This document shows positions 1-13,017 of a stretch of DNA of 64,000 bases, piece by piece (position 1 is the first letter of the stretch; every line of letters starts with the position of its first letter). Source of the DNA: Chlorokybus atmophyticus. Its lineage: Eukaryota > Plantae > Mesostigma and Chlorokybus algae. Made by a program: the position numbers and the translations under genes. The DNA is taken from positions 1,126,406 to 1,190,405 of the forward strand of contig RHPI01002262.1 in assembly GCA_009103225.1 (NCBI GenBank), written 5' to 3'. A model generated the notes under the pieces. It was not told the origin of the DNA. It did no database searches and saw only the letters and a list, made by a program, of their open reading frames with translations.

Positions 1-419
1 TGCACACGCTCATGCGCACGCGCAGGTATGCAGACTGCACCCGCCCCTCTCTCAGACCTTCATGCAGAATGTGCCTCCCACGACATGTCAAGGAGCACGA
101 TACGACGACCACTAACTTGTCCTTCATGCTTGCAGCAGCACGTTGGTGTGCTTTATGTTTGTAATTGCTGCATTGCGCACAGCTCTATTTGACTATACAT
201 ATGTACCCCTGTATGAGCAGACATGTGCCTGCTCACAAGCAAGCGAGTTGGAAGTTGTGCGCAGCCCAGGGTCTGTAGCTCACGCTCCACTCCCATGCGA
301 TGGTGGTGCAGCAAGGAGTGGCGACATTGGTGTCCACTCGTGGCGCTGCTGATTAGTCTGCGCTGCTGGCAGAGCTAAGGCTGGTCTCCGTTGAATGGCA
401 AAAAATGTGAGTCTTGCAT

Positions 420-1110
420 AAGGTCATGTACCCAAGCACACGTGTACAGATGTGCACTTGCACACATGAACAATTGCACACACGCATGCATGAACGCTTA
501 CACACGTTCAGTTGCACACATGCACACGTTTACGCAATAGTCACACGCATACAAACACATGAACAGTTGCATACATACAGTCGCACACATGCAGTACATT
601 CACAACAGCGGTTGCACATACAAGTAACCAGTCCACACACGCACTTGCGCACATACTCATACAAACAGTTCCGCACACATGCAGGCAACCGCACGAGTAA
701 AGCACACAATGACAGTCACAAACCTTTGCACGCTTGCGCAGGCGTGCACACACAGACATCAACACTTCACTGCCTATACACACTCACACATCAACGACGT
801 CCTTTGCACATTGGTTGCACAACCTCATCTCAAAGGTCGAACACACGCTTGCGAACGATTAAGCCCACGCACATATCATGTAGCACGTGCTCAGTCACAC
901 ATATAGAAACACACGCATATGTATGCCCACCGTGCAACAACATATCCCTTTGTCCCACACCCACGCACACATGCGCATCGAGTAAACATGCTTGCATTCG
1001 CGAACACCGTCGCTGGCAGGCCGCACACGCTGGAGGCGCAGCACTCAGTGAAGATAGCACAAGGCTGGGGCAGCAGGTAAGAAACGAGTGTGATTGCGCG
1101 CATGCGTGCT
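420..1110. repeat. Low-complexity CA/TG-rich alternating purine-pyrimidine tract
   Basis: Runs such as cacacgcatgcatg and gcacacatgcacac. The His/Thr/Cys-rich ORFs here (414-1163) are what such a tract translates to. The same sequence type fills many introns in the window. Confidence 0.75.
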
Positions 1111-1789
1111 CAACAGCATGTGCTAGTTGCACTGAATCTTCTAGTATCACTAGCATCACTTAAAGACTACTTGCAGCTGCTGCTTAATACATAGAGAGTT
1201 GACGCTACAGTAATGTCGTACTTTTTAATTTACATGTCACACCAACGCTGTACCCACTCTACTTTACTGCTATTTTTACATGCATGCGTGGTTGTTGCTT
1301 GCTGTTAGCGGTGGGTAATTCACGGCCTGATGGTGTGTATGTGTGGCTTGGGCGTCAGCAGACCTGCATGAGGGGCCTTGGGAGATTGTATGTGCTTGTG
1401 TAGGTGCATGCTGTTGACCAGGCTTGCAACTGCGGCGGCGGCGTTGGTAAGTTCATGGCCATGCCTATGGGCAAGCAACTGCCAAGCCCTTGGCCTTGGT
1501 CATGCTGGCCTGGTCGCTACCAGGCCAGCATGACCAGGTCAGCGGCGTGGCCTGGTGCTCTTTGTGTGGAGCACCAGGCCGCCTGCCAGGCCACTAGCAG
1601 CGGCGGCCTAACGGCGGTCAGCTGCTGCGTAATTGCTGCAGCTAACCGCAGTTAGTCGCAAAAGTATAGTTAAAGTTAAACTGTCAACTGGTAAGCACAC
1701 CATTTTTACCCGCCGCCGGCCAATCTCTCATGCTGGTCCGGCTGTAGGCTACAGCCTGTAGCCGATTGGGAAAGCTGCAAGACCGGTAG

Positions 1790-2090
1790 CGCTTCACACA
1801 TGGTCCCTATAGACTCATGAAACATTGCAGCCAGGCATGGTCCGTACCTATATTAGTCATCAGAAACAAATTTGAGCAATGGGACCAGTCCTGGTTCGAT
1901 GTTTATCGGCTCTTGGCTGGGACCAGGACTTGTCCGGGTCCGAGGACCAAGCGTGACAAATCCGCCATTTTGAACCAGGTTTGGTCCCCGCGCTCGGACC
2001 AAGGCGGGCGACCCTGGTCCAGGCCCCAAGCCGCCCTGGCGTTTTGGCCCGTACGTGCGGACCAGGGCTGGTCCGTGGAAAAAATTTCGT
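1790..2090. repeat. GGACC/GGTCC-motif-rich non-coding segment, probable non-autonomous TE relic
   Basis: Dense GGWCC motifs in both orientations. Shares ggtccgtacct with the segment at about 39580-39910; a similar motif-rich segment lies at 61760-62700. No clear termini found. Confidence 0.35.
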
Positions 2091-4144
2091 GTGGCATAAC
2101 GGGGCGTTTATCATTATTGCAATTTTGTCGCACCGTATGCGCAATCTTAGCATGTACAGTACATGCTAATTGACTTTGAATTACTCCACGCGAGTGAACG
2201 GCTGATTGCAAGTTAAGTTGTGGTCCTGCATATGATTTGTCAGGGGACACGCATCTTTCACTTGCATTCAACCCATCAGCTGAGTTTGCTCGAAGTAGAA
2301 GCGAGGTGCAGGCGAGTTCATGCCCACCAGATTCGGAGAGGACTGGCACTCACGCCCTCCTCCACCAAAATGATCCCTATCGACCCTCCTCTCCTCGAGG
2401 GCACTTGCCAATTGTTTTGCCTTATGTTGTTTTGCACACAAAGTTAAGGGTTAAGAGGGCACTTGCTGAAGAGGCGGCAGCGTTGAGTGACGAGGAGTCC
2501 GACATTGAGGACGAGGGTGGAGTGATGCCATCTTCAACCATGTATAGCACAGAGAGGTTCAATAGGAGGCTGGCACGGCGTACCTACGTGACTTCATCTA
2601 TCGTCGACTCCAACATGGTTAAATGAGAATACCGTGAGAAGTCGGAGTGACACGCATTGTTCACTGCGTGTGTCAACTTAATATAATTAAAAACGGTGCA
2701 TGAGACAGCACAACATGGTCTTGTGGTGTACAATAGCATGCGGACATTCATGAGAAGAAGATGTACGACGAGTTTAAACAATGACGGAAGGCACGACACC
2801 TTATAACGCTGCAGTCAACCTCACGACCACCATCGCTGCCATCGCCACCGGGTTGATGCTAACAGCATCAACCCCTTCCATGCGCCTGCCACAAGTAATT
2901 ACAATAGCGTTACCAATGGCAAATGTTGTGGTAGGGGCGGGGTGTGATCATCGATACGTGTAGAGTAGCGCAAATTAACAAAAATGTGTGAAATTTGTCA
3001 AAATTCTTATTATTACAGATTATATAAAAAAAAGGTATGAGGTTTTGTTGTTGTATAAAAACCATACTCTAACAACATCTGGTATGACAATTAAAACCGT
3101 CATGACGTCGTCGTCATCGTCGATTGATTGTTGTATGGTATCTCACTATTTGATATGGACGGTAAAAGGTTCAAGTCGTCGCTCAATTACCAATCGCCAG
3201 CCGCAAGGACTGCACACGCAATCCACCCCCCATAACTGCCGTCTGTCGTGGGTAGCACGAGAGCTCTTATCAACCAAAACATCAAAGACACACATATCAT
3301 GTGTCATACGTAGCATGCGAGTCATGCCGCTTAAGCCTTATATGTGGATTTCAGCAAATTTGTCACAGTTTACTCGGCATCACCTTTATCTTGCTTGCGG
3401 CATTGTCTTAAACTTACCATTCACATGCATATGCATATGCGCTGCCCAGTTCACTATCGCTGATGCACTAATGCACCAAGTTGCGAGTTGTGAGTGAGGA
3501 GTGGTGTTAGGGTTCAACAAACTGGCCACCGTGTTTAATTAGCCAGGAGCAGTTACGGTCACGCTACCAATTGTTAAACGATGATTAATTGTGGCGCTGT
3601 TGCTTCGTAAGTGTGGATGCAAGCTGATGTCGTGCAAGGTCGTGGGTTGGTTGCACGCTAGGAAGTTTAGGCAACCTCTTGCGTGGTTGTTGTTATTGTT
3701 GTTATTGTTAGCGTCAATGTTGTAATCGACGCCTGTTTGCTTGTTTAACCCTAACGTACTTTGTATATTCGCCGCTTCTACATGCGTGCATGACTGCTTC
3801 AGTGCTTTGCATAACGTGCTTTGCATAGCATAGCACAACCTGAGTTTGTCTATAGTTTTATATATACTTTGCCACTCATTCCGAATCGGGAGTCCTTCAA
3901 TTGTAGCTTACACTGCGATAAATATAACACCGCCTTGCCTCTACCCACTCTTGGTGTCTTGAACCTAGTTATGGAGCAATCATGGCATGTGGCTTCTTTA
4001 TAGCAGCGTTTTTTGCTACCAAGTGGTTAAGTTGCCGATATTACACTTACACACGGACAGCGCCCCAATACACCTTTTTAAATACCCTTATGCACACATA
4101 CCCACCAACGTTGTACATACAAGCTGCCGCTACAATATTGGCAC

Positions 4145-4470
4145 AACCATGTGGCGGGTGACTACAATTGCCATGCATACATGCATATCTTACAGAGGGC
4201 AGTAGTGGAAGGGTTAGAGGTAATCGATAGGTAGCACGTAGGCGCTTTACCCCGGTTGTCGAATGGTGAGTGTTTGTGGTTTTTATAACATTGCATGTGC
4301 ATGTAGGTTTGCATGCCATAATACGACTACCCACTTGCATCTTTTGTACAAATGCCTGCACATCTAGCAGCTCAAACGCTGTCAGCACAACATGTACAAA
4401 GTTTTTCAACGTTAATCACGGCTTTTGCCATTGCCGCCTCCGATACTATTTACGTGTGTAAATCGTGTAA
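4145..4470 (+). repeat. Diverged dispersed repeat homologous to about 35030-35330
   Basis: ggtgactacaattgccatgcatacatgcatatcttacagagggcagtagtgg...ttgcatgtgcatgtaggtttgcatg aligns by eye with ggtgactgcaattgccatgcatgcatgcatgtctaacagcgggcagtagtgg...ttgcatgtgcacgtaggtttgcatg. Confidence 0.7.
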
Positions 4471-7389
4471 ACACTTTAGACCCCTCGCAGCCTTTACTAC
4501 AAAAAGTGTGTAATAATCAAGCTTTCGCAGGCTCATTTTCTTGCAAACGTTCAATCGACTCCATTCACATTAAAACAAATACCATCTCATGTCGAACGTG
4601 CCTGTTGATGCCTTGGTGGACAAATGCCAACGACAGTGCAGCTGTATGCCAAGCCTCAAATATACATCACTTCTTGATAGTGCACACATCGCCTGCGATA
4701 CCACAACAAAAATGCTTCATGAAACAAGGTCATTCACCCTATACCGCCGGTAGGAGGTACCGCTAGGTCCGATTGTTTTGGATTGACAATTAAACCACCA
4801 TTAGCTCAGGCGTTCATTGCCACATTCTGGCTCTGTTCAGGGCCCGCAGTTGCTACAATGCTAAATCAATACATGTCAACAATTGCCCGCGGCCTCTTAG
4901 CAGAGCAAAGTTAGCACACAGTACGGCCCGCGCAATTGGGATGTCGAGCGCATCAACCACACGTGACCAGGCGGAGCCTTGCGTCGCAGTTGCGTGTTGC
5001 ATGCACGTTCGTTACTTTCGGGGGGGCTACCAGCAGACCCCACACAAGAGACACCTTGGAGTACGTTCAGACGCGTGGTACGGTAGCGGTTGCCTTCGGT
5101 ATGACAACTGCCTGTCGCATCCATGTCAAGTCGCGAAACGTGACACGTCTCAGAGCAGTGCAAGTTAGCGAACACACCAACCCCACGCAGCCACGAACGT
5201 TTCACCGCCGCCATCATGGCGAACAGACCCCATGACCGCTAACCCCGCCACAATACCTGCCAAAATGCCGGACATCAATTGGAAACATCTAGAACGCAGT
5301 GCACCATGTCAACCACAATGCGGCAAGGAGTACACCAATGCAAAGGTTCTTGGCCGGGGCTAGCAGGTCCAGGTGCGACCACTGCGTCGGGCATGGCGAC
5401 CTTTTGAAAGCGTCCACATTTGCAATGATTTCTGCAAAAGCTCCGGTGCCGTACACTACCGGTACAATTTTGACAGGCTCTGCCCCGCCGGGCCTCTGCC
5501 ACGCGTCGAGGGGCTTGGGATTGTGTCCGGGGCACTACGAGCCACGCACTCTGCCAGGGCCCCGCGTCAGCCGGACACCCAATCTCCCGCAAATTCTAGA
5601 ACAGCAGAGCCCATTGACAATGGCCAGCCGCACCCGCTAAGCAAGCAGAGTGGGATGCATTTGAACTTGAACGCTGTGCTGTCATAGAAACCGGTTCGCA
5701 GCGATAGAACCGGACGTGGCGGTCAAACCGCGTTTGACGGGTTCGGAAACCCTAGGGAGGTTAAAAATGGGGCCCAATGAAGTGGGCCACCGGCGTATGT
5801 CCCACTCCTTTCGGCTCGGGCAGCCCTGATCGTCAGTACATTGCATACTTGTGACGCTGAAGCAGTAAGCCTGACCGACTGGCTGGTAGTGTGTCCGGTG
5901 GCGGTGGCGGTGGCGGTGGAGGCGGCGGCGGCGGAGGTGTGGCGGGTGGAGGCGGTGGTAAAGGTGAAGGCAGTGGAGCTTTCGGTGGCACGAAGAGCTA
6001 AGGAGCGAGGTGTGAGTGGCGCATTCCCAGAGTTGGTAGCGTGGGTTGTGCTGGTTGGGATTGGGCGTGGAGCTTCGGGAGAGCTGGTGACGTCTGTGAC
6101 GTCAAGGTGGGTGTGATTGGCTACTCCCCCGCCGGCTGTACAGCCGTTGTTGCATTCAGCTTTCCTGCTTGCGCAGTTTGGTCATTTTTGCGTCCTACCA
6201 CTGCATTCTGAGCCAGTGAACTGTCATTTGCACTTGAACCTATTTGGCTCGCGGTTACCCTTGCATAGTTCGGCGTAGTCATCAGCATCAGTAGCTAGCA
6301 GCTGGGTCGAGTGCCGAGCAAGAGATTTCCCACAGACTCTTGAGCGGCAACTTCAACAGTAGTAAATAGCCTAGCCTACCGCTGATCTTGCCACATGCCA
6401 GCTTGACAGCTGTCTGCTGTGTCCTCTTGAGCTTGCCCGGACTGTTTCTTCCCGCTGCCTTGCACGTAGCTTGCTCTATTATTAGACCGTTGTGCACAGT
6501 GGGTGATGCTTTACTGTCATACAGATCCCGCTACTGCTTTGGCACGTGTACGCTAGCCACTGCTGAGCTCGCTCGCATTACTAGGCCCTCATTCTACATA
6601 AGTTACAGTTCGTTGCTCTGGTTTCTTGGATGACAGATGTATGCAAGCGCATTGTGGCGTGTGCTTTGACAGCAGGAATGCTGCTGGCTGTCGGAGCAAG
6701 TGGCAGTCTTGTTGACTGTTACTGCTGCCTGTAGCTCTGGCTGGCAATCGCAGGGTTGCCGTTTGCCTTTATTTTATTGCGATAGCTCGGGTAGTAGCGC
6801 GTCTAGGGTTTCAAGTTGTTGCTCTCAGTTCCCAGTGATGTCGTTTTGTGCGTGTGCTGTCAGTGAGTGTCTCAGCTGCTCGCAACACATAGATGCCGAG
6901 TTGCCCGGGCCGGTGTGTTATCGTTGGAGTTGTGTTGGTTTTCTTTAAGTTCAGCTCCTGGAATACGTCCCGTTGTGCTGTATGTGTACGTGTTGTTGCT
7001 TATATCTTGAGCTGATGTTGTGGCACTTCTGCAGCAATGTGCTTAATTGAAGAAGGGTGATGACACTGGAATCCTTCTGGGCGCGCAAGCTGTGTACTTG
7101 AGCGCAGCCTCATGGTGAGCAGGCTGCCAGTTCATGTGCTGACAGCAAGCTGGATGTGAAGGGCTGCGGCAAAGGTAACAAGTCAAGGTGTTCATCCATG
7201 CAGTTACAGTTGTAGTGCCTCCTACATGTCTGTGAGTCTTTTCTTACAGCCGCGCATCCCGGCATATCTTTCTCGTTTGTCATGTTGTCAAGTGGTGTGT
7301 GTTATTCATATGCATATCTTTTATGCCATGGTCGTTCCTGTTAATCCCAAGTGATTTGGGTTGCATTGATCCGGGATGATCCGGGAGCA

Positions 7390-10300
7390 ATGACTATGTG
7401 GTACTGCATGCGGATACTCAGTATCGAAGAATTGTTAATGGCAGTTATGGCGGTGAATGTCACATTGTCAGCGAGCACGGATGTTGAGCAAGCCAGAGCC
7501 ACAACGGCAAAGCCTTTGCGCACATTTTTGCGTCTGCGCCGATGTTTCCCAAAAACCACCTTATTACCGGATGAAGGGCCTGCCACTCCCAAGATCAAGT
7601 TGACTAGCAAAAGCGTCAACTGGTCATTGTTGCTGGCACGTCTGGGCTTTGTAGTAAGTTTTGCCATCCAATTGTCTTGTCTTGAATAATTGAATTGTCT
7701 TGATCAACATGAGCCATTTTCGTTCATAAAAACTTCCTCACAATTCCCTCGTTTGGTTGTGAGAACAGGTGATACTTGCATCTGCCATACTGATAATCTG
7801 CTTATTAACTTTGCGGCTGGATCGAGCCGCAGCCAACAACGCCCTCGATCCGGTAAGTTGGAAAGCTATCAGCATGGAATGTTGTCAGGCTGTCTGCCTT
7901 GTTCTTTGTTGCGCGCTTCCCTTTTATGTGTGCGCTAAGTCCGTTTGCTGTTAGGTCGCGGACGTTCTGACAAAGGAGTTGCTAAACAAAGCCATTGAAG
8001 CCGTTCGCAGCTACACAACGTCTATGCTGTCATCTGCGAGTGCTTGGAAGGCACTTCTCGAGTCAAACCTCGTGGATGGAGACTATTCAGTGTAAGTGGT
8101 ACTGCAAACTTGCAGATCTTCTGTGCCGCAGCACTCGCTGTGGGCTACAGTCCCAAATTGTGTTGTTTGAGGTTCTTCTCCTGTGCAGAGATACAGCAAA
8201 TTGTCGAGTTACTGCACTGACATGGGGTGCTTTCACTGGCGCGATTGAGTCTCTCACCCTTGCCCTATATGTTGATGTTCGCACCAAGGCCAGTGTAGGT
8301 GAGCAAGGATCCACATTCAGTACTGCTATGTATCAGGTAGTGCTTGGCTGATGTCTCTATCCAAGTACGCGCTCTTATGCACCAACTGTCTTGCAGGTTA
8401 TTCCAAGCAGCTACTAAAAGGAAATGTTCTGCGTATGGTTGTTCATTACTCTAATGCCACTGAAGTGCTCGGGTATGATGTGGACCCCAAAAACGGCTCG
8501 GTAAGTCCATGTGCGATCGTTACAACCTGACAGCGCCTGGCGTTGTTGACGGTGTTGTCATTCCTGTATGGACATGTGTGGTGCGATCAGGTGTACGCCT
8601 GTAATGACACCTGCTTGTGCGACGGGTTGCAACCCAATAATACGGACCCTTTCCGAGACTATGCTTCTGCCGTGTGGTATCAAGCTGCAGCTGCGACTCC
8701 CATGTCATCCGGCGCCATCAGTTGGACCATGACCATCATTCCGGGTTTCCCTCAAGCTGGTGCTTCATTCCCTGTTTACAATCAGCAGACAAACGAATTG
8801 GTTGCCATCTGTGGTGTGGGAGCTATTCTTTCAACGTTGAATGCCTGGCTCCGAGAGGTGAAGCACCAGCGCCTAGAAACTGACACACAAGCGCCACATG
8901 CTGCCCTGTTGTCTGCCTGTTGCATGAAGCTCACTACTGTTTGTTTGTGCAGAATATCCTGCATAATGTCTACATCTCTGAGAAGGACCAGCGCAAAATA
9001 TATTTGACAGATGATGCCAATCGGTTGATTGCATCCTCTCTCCCTGAAAGTCTGAATGCAACACAGTACCTGTATCCCACACAACTGCCAGATCCAGTCA
9101 TCCAGCAAGGTAAGTCTTGCCTCAATAATCACATTGACCGGCAGAGCCTGCCATCAGCCTGTTTCAGCATCTCATGCTCGACTGTGCCTCAGGCTGTCGC
9201 CATGCTGACCATGCGTTTACGTATGCAGCTGCCTTTTTCCTGCAAGGCAAAGCGGATGTATGCAGGCCCAATTGCAGTTTCACCACGGAATTGGCCGGCA
9301 GCACCTGGTATGTTACATCTGAGGACTTTGTGGTGCCCAACACGAGCCTCCCAATCACTGGGGTCTTTCTACTCCCGCGCTCGGTGATCATGCAGCCTCT
9401 GGACGATTCAAGTCGGAAGACCATTATTGTGGTAGGCATACAACATTGACGTTGCTGGACGGCAGCTCCAAGTGTTGGTTACCCAGCTCGTGGCATGAGT
9501 ACTCAGCTGTGTTGTGTTGCAGGTCTCTGTGGTGGCTGCTTCTATTTTTGTCTTAGGAACCATTCTCACGCTGCTCTGCACTTGGCGTGTCAGCAATGAG
9601 GTTTGTGCTGTGTCTGTCAGGAGTTTGCTGCTGGCTGTGCACAGCCGTACACGGAATTTGCCAGCCTCAACTCGATCTTGCTCTTGTATGCCTGACTCAT
9701 GCAAGTATTGCCGTCTCACTTTTTGTCTTGCAGATACGTTTGAAGGCAAAGCTGTCAGAGCTAAACAAGGATTACCTAGCAGCTAAGGAGCGTGCAGAGG
9801 AGAAGTCACGAGAAAAGAGCCTATTCCTTGCCAACATGTGAGCATACCCCGTTCAGGGTGCTTGCCGTAGTTCAACAGATGCAGTGGGTTCAATTGTGAG
9901 CTCAAACTGCCGTCACACGCAGGAGCCATGAGTTGCGGACGCCGCTTACGGGAATCATTGGGTTCGTGGACATTCTCATGACGGAGTCGCTGACTCAGGG
10001 ACAAATGGACACTGCCACACAAGTGAAGCAGTGCTCCACCACACTGTTGCAGCTGTTGAATAATGTGTTGGATTTGTCCAAGGTCAGCTTTGTGCATATC
10101 TCTACAGGAGTTGCCCATATGCTGTTGATTATTCCTTCGAACTGAACTCTTGCGCATTGTTGCCCAGATTGAAAGCGGTCGCCTTGACTTGGACGGTCGG
10201 AAGACCGACTTGTACGAATTGCTGGAAGGCGTGGTGGACATGTTCTCGTTGCAAAGCGCCTCCAAAGGAGTGGACTTAATTTTGTCCATTGATGGTAAGT

Positions 10301-13017
10301 GCTTTGCCATACAGCAATCATACACACTGAATTGGTGAGTCCTTGCAATTGGTTCTGAACGTGTCCTTGTAGGTGTGGTTCCTCGCGTCGTGTATGCGGA
10401 CGCTGGTCGCCTGAGGCAAATATTCATGAACCTTATCAGCAATGCTGTAAGTACTAGTTTTTGCAGCCTACCTGTCACACCGCATTGCCCTAAGATGTAT
10501 CCGGCATTGTAGGTGAAGTTCACCAATCAGGGGCATGTCCATCTCAATGGAAGGGTCATTGGCGCTTGGGCTCTGCCAGAAGAAGAACAGTCACCCGTAA
10601 TGCCGCCGGCAGGCTCGTGGAAGGGATCCAACCCCAACAAGAGCTGTGATGTTGGCGCAACAGCTGCGGATGCAGATGTTTCAGGGTTGGAACTGAAGTC
10701 AGGACAGCGGCTTGGTGCCATCAAGCTGCTGTTTGAGGTCAGGACAGTTGCATATAAGAAGTACATCGCAGCAGCGCTTGACCAAGCTTTCACCAGCACC
10801 TGCCATCCAGTTGGTTCATTGATTTCTTGTGACGTGCCTAAAATTGTTGTCTGTCCCTGCTGTTTACAGATTGATGATTCGGGAATTGGCATACCAAAAG
10901 ACAAGTGGCAGGAGGTGTTTGAGGACTTTGTGCAAGCAGACAAAAGGTTAGCGCCTTGTCCCTTCCTGGCACATGTTACGCTGTTGTCGGTGGTAGACTG
11001 CCATTCCTTGTGTGGACCAAATTGTATTGGAGCTTTGATGTGAAACGGTTGGGCTGTCTCGTGACAATATGCACGTGTCCAGTACCTCTCGTAACTATGG
11101 TGGTACCGGGCTTGGGCTCTCCATTGTACGTGCTCTCATCGAGAAGATGAACGGTCACATACAAGTCACGAAAAAGGAGGTGAGGGGTCACGCCCGGCTG
11201 ACCTGACATCTTATCGCCTGGGTTTGAACAACATGTTAGCATTATCGGTGGTCTGCTTGGCAGGGCCCCGGCACAAGAATACAGTTCACAGTGACCCTTC
11301 TGTGTCCCGTTGTGCCGATGCCCGACACGCCAGATGCACAGCAGTACACAATGACGCTGCCACCGGAAAGCCTGCCTTTCCGAACACTGATGATTGACCA
11401 GCCAGGCACATTGCCTGCTGCATCATCCCCTTCGGCGTATGGTCGCAAGTTCTCAGACCTGAAAGAGAAGTTTCCCCACCTCAGTCACCAGCGTTTGAGT
11501 AATGACACATCGGTTGACTTTATGGAGGGCTCCCCATCAATGGATGCATGGATGCCAGCTTATGACGCACAGCCCTCACTGGACCTTGGCCCTGGCCTCG
11601 CCCTTGTCGTGATGGGTAACAGTGCGGCCCGCACCTTCCTTACCGGTTGGTTGGAACAGCATCGGTTGACAGTGGAAAACGCCCCGGATTGGACTGGTGG
11701 TGAGCTGCTGCTCATGAGGTTACGTGCCGAAGAGCTCTCGCTAAAGTGCGTCATGATCGACCTGCGCGCCGTGCTGCCCCACAGCGCCCTGGCTTTGTAT
11801 GATGATGACAAGGACCACCCCATACTGGAGCGGCGTGTCGCCAGTGTAAACCAGGCCATGGAGGGGTTGAAAGATGTCACCCTTGTGTGGGTTGTGTTCC
11901 CAAGCCTTCCAAGCAAGGTATGTTATGGTTGTCCGTGCAAGTGTCCGTGCCTAACAACAGATGCGGCGAGGAATGCGATTAGCAACTCATGCCTTCACGT
12001 GCTGGCAGATAAGGGACCTGCTTCTAAGCCTTGGAAGAGGTGCCACGCGGGAACCTCGGCTACTACAACGGCCGCTGCACGCAAGTCGCGTCCAGCAGGC
12101 TTTTACAAGGCCTGGGCGAAGATCTGGCAGCTTTGACGATGGGACACGGAGCAGGATGCCGATGACGAGAGTCAAGGCGCCCCCAGCCAATCGTCCGATG
12201 CAACTCAAGGACATCTCTGTCCTTGTGGCTGAGGTATGAGTGATTGTGCACGTCCATTACAGGGAAGTATTCATGGAACAACCGCAGGGTGGTCATGATA
12301 TCCTTGGCAGTTGCAGATGTTAGCATGACGCACGGTGTGCATGTGTGTTTGTGTATGTGTGCGGTGTCACTAAAATCAATGGCAGGGTGCATCATTTTCG
12401 ACATGCAGCTGTTAGTTGAAGTAATATTCGGGCATGTATGTACAGGACAACCCTGTCAATCAGAAGTTGTTGCAGTCCATGCTGGTGATGCAAGGCGCGA
12501 AGGTTCACATAGTCAGCAACGGCCAGCTGGCGGTTGACGCGATGGGCAACTGGACCAATTATGATGTAAGCTTCTCCATTCCCAAGGGAGAGCTGTTGTA
12601 CATGTGTACAGCATACAGTATAGGTGGATGGGTATCATCTTTGTCAGCCTCTGCCCTGTTGCACTGCAATCAAATTGGTCATTGTCTTACTGTCTGCAGG
12701 TGGTTTTGATGGACTGCATGATGCCAGTGATGGACGGCCTAAGTGCGACTGCGGCAATCCGTGAAGCAGAGCAAAGCAGTAACCGCCGGCCAATTCCCAT
12801 TGTTGCATTGACGGCGAATGCAATGACTTCAGACAGGGACCGCTGCTTGCAAGTTGGCATGTCTCATTTCCTGACAAAGCCCATCTCGATTAAGGACCTC
12901 ATTGCCACAGTGCTCAGCGCCGTCGGTGAACACCGCAGCTCGACGCCAAAGGTAACGGTAGCTGCAGAAGAGCAGACGAGTGGTTCATCAGAGCAGTCGC
13001 AACAACCAAAGCAATAG
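7390..13017 (+). CDS. Membrane-bound hybrid histidine kinase (TM - Cache-like extracellular sensor - TM - HisKA - HATPase_c - degenerate receiver - receiver), about 18 exons; 5' start uncertain
   Basis: Spliced GT-AG exons give TM1 (SLLLARLGFV/VILASAILIICLLTL), a Cache-like stretch (WYQAA...ISWT...ASFPVYNQQTNELVAICGVG), TM2 (VSVVAASIFVLGTILTLLCTW), H-box FLANM/SHELRTPLTGIIG, N-box RLRQIFMNLISNA/VKFT, G1 DDSGIGI, G2 YGGTGLGLSI, receiver VLVAE/DNPVNQ...VVLMDCMMPVMDG...ALTANA...FLTKP, stop TAG at 13015-13017. Confidence 0.92.

Noticed and set aside
143-1163. ORFs of 70-249 aa rich in His/Thr/Cys/Val, and similar ORFs at 15388-16321, 17454-18123, 19605-19952, 20717-21419, 33124-33480 and 40045-40526
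   Set aside because: They are translations of RY-alternating intron or intergenic tracts with no domain motifs.
2237-2626. 129-aa ORF with an acidic stretch (LSDEESDIEDEGG)
   Set aside because: No recognisable domain, splice partners or gene context; may be a TE remnant but I cannot support a call.
5714-5756. Hairpin gtcaaac-cgc-gtttgac followed by CTAG, resembling a Helitron 3' end
   Set aside because: The base after CTAG is G rather than T, and no matching 5' TC end or Rep/Hel remnant was found.
7033-7174. Exon-like block with several short ATG-initiated ORFs upstream of the histidine kinase (possible uORFs)
   Set aside because: The 5' gene structure cannot be fixed without transcripts, so uORF status is unsupported.
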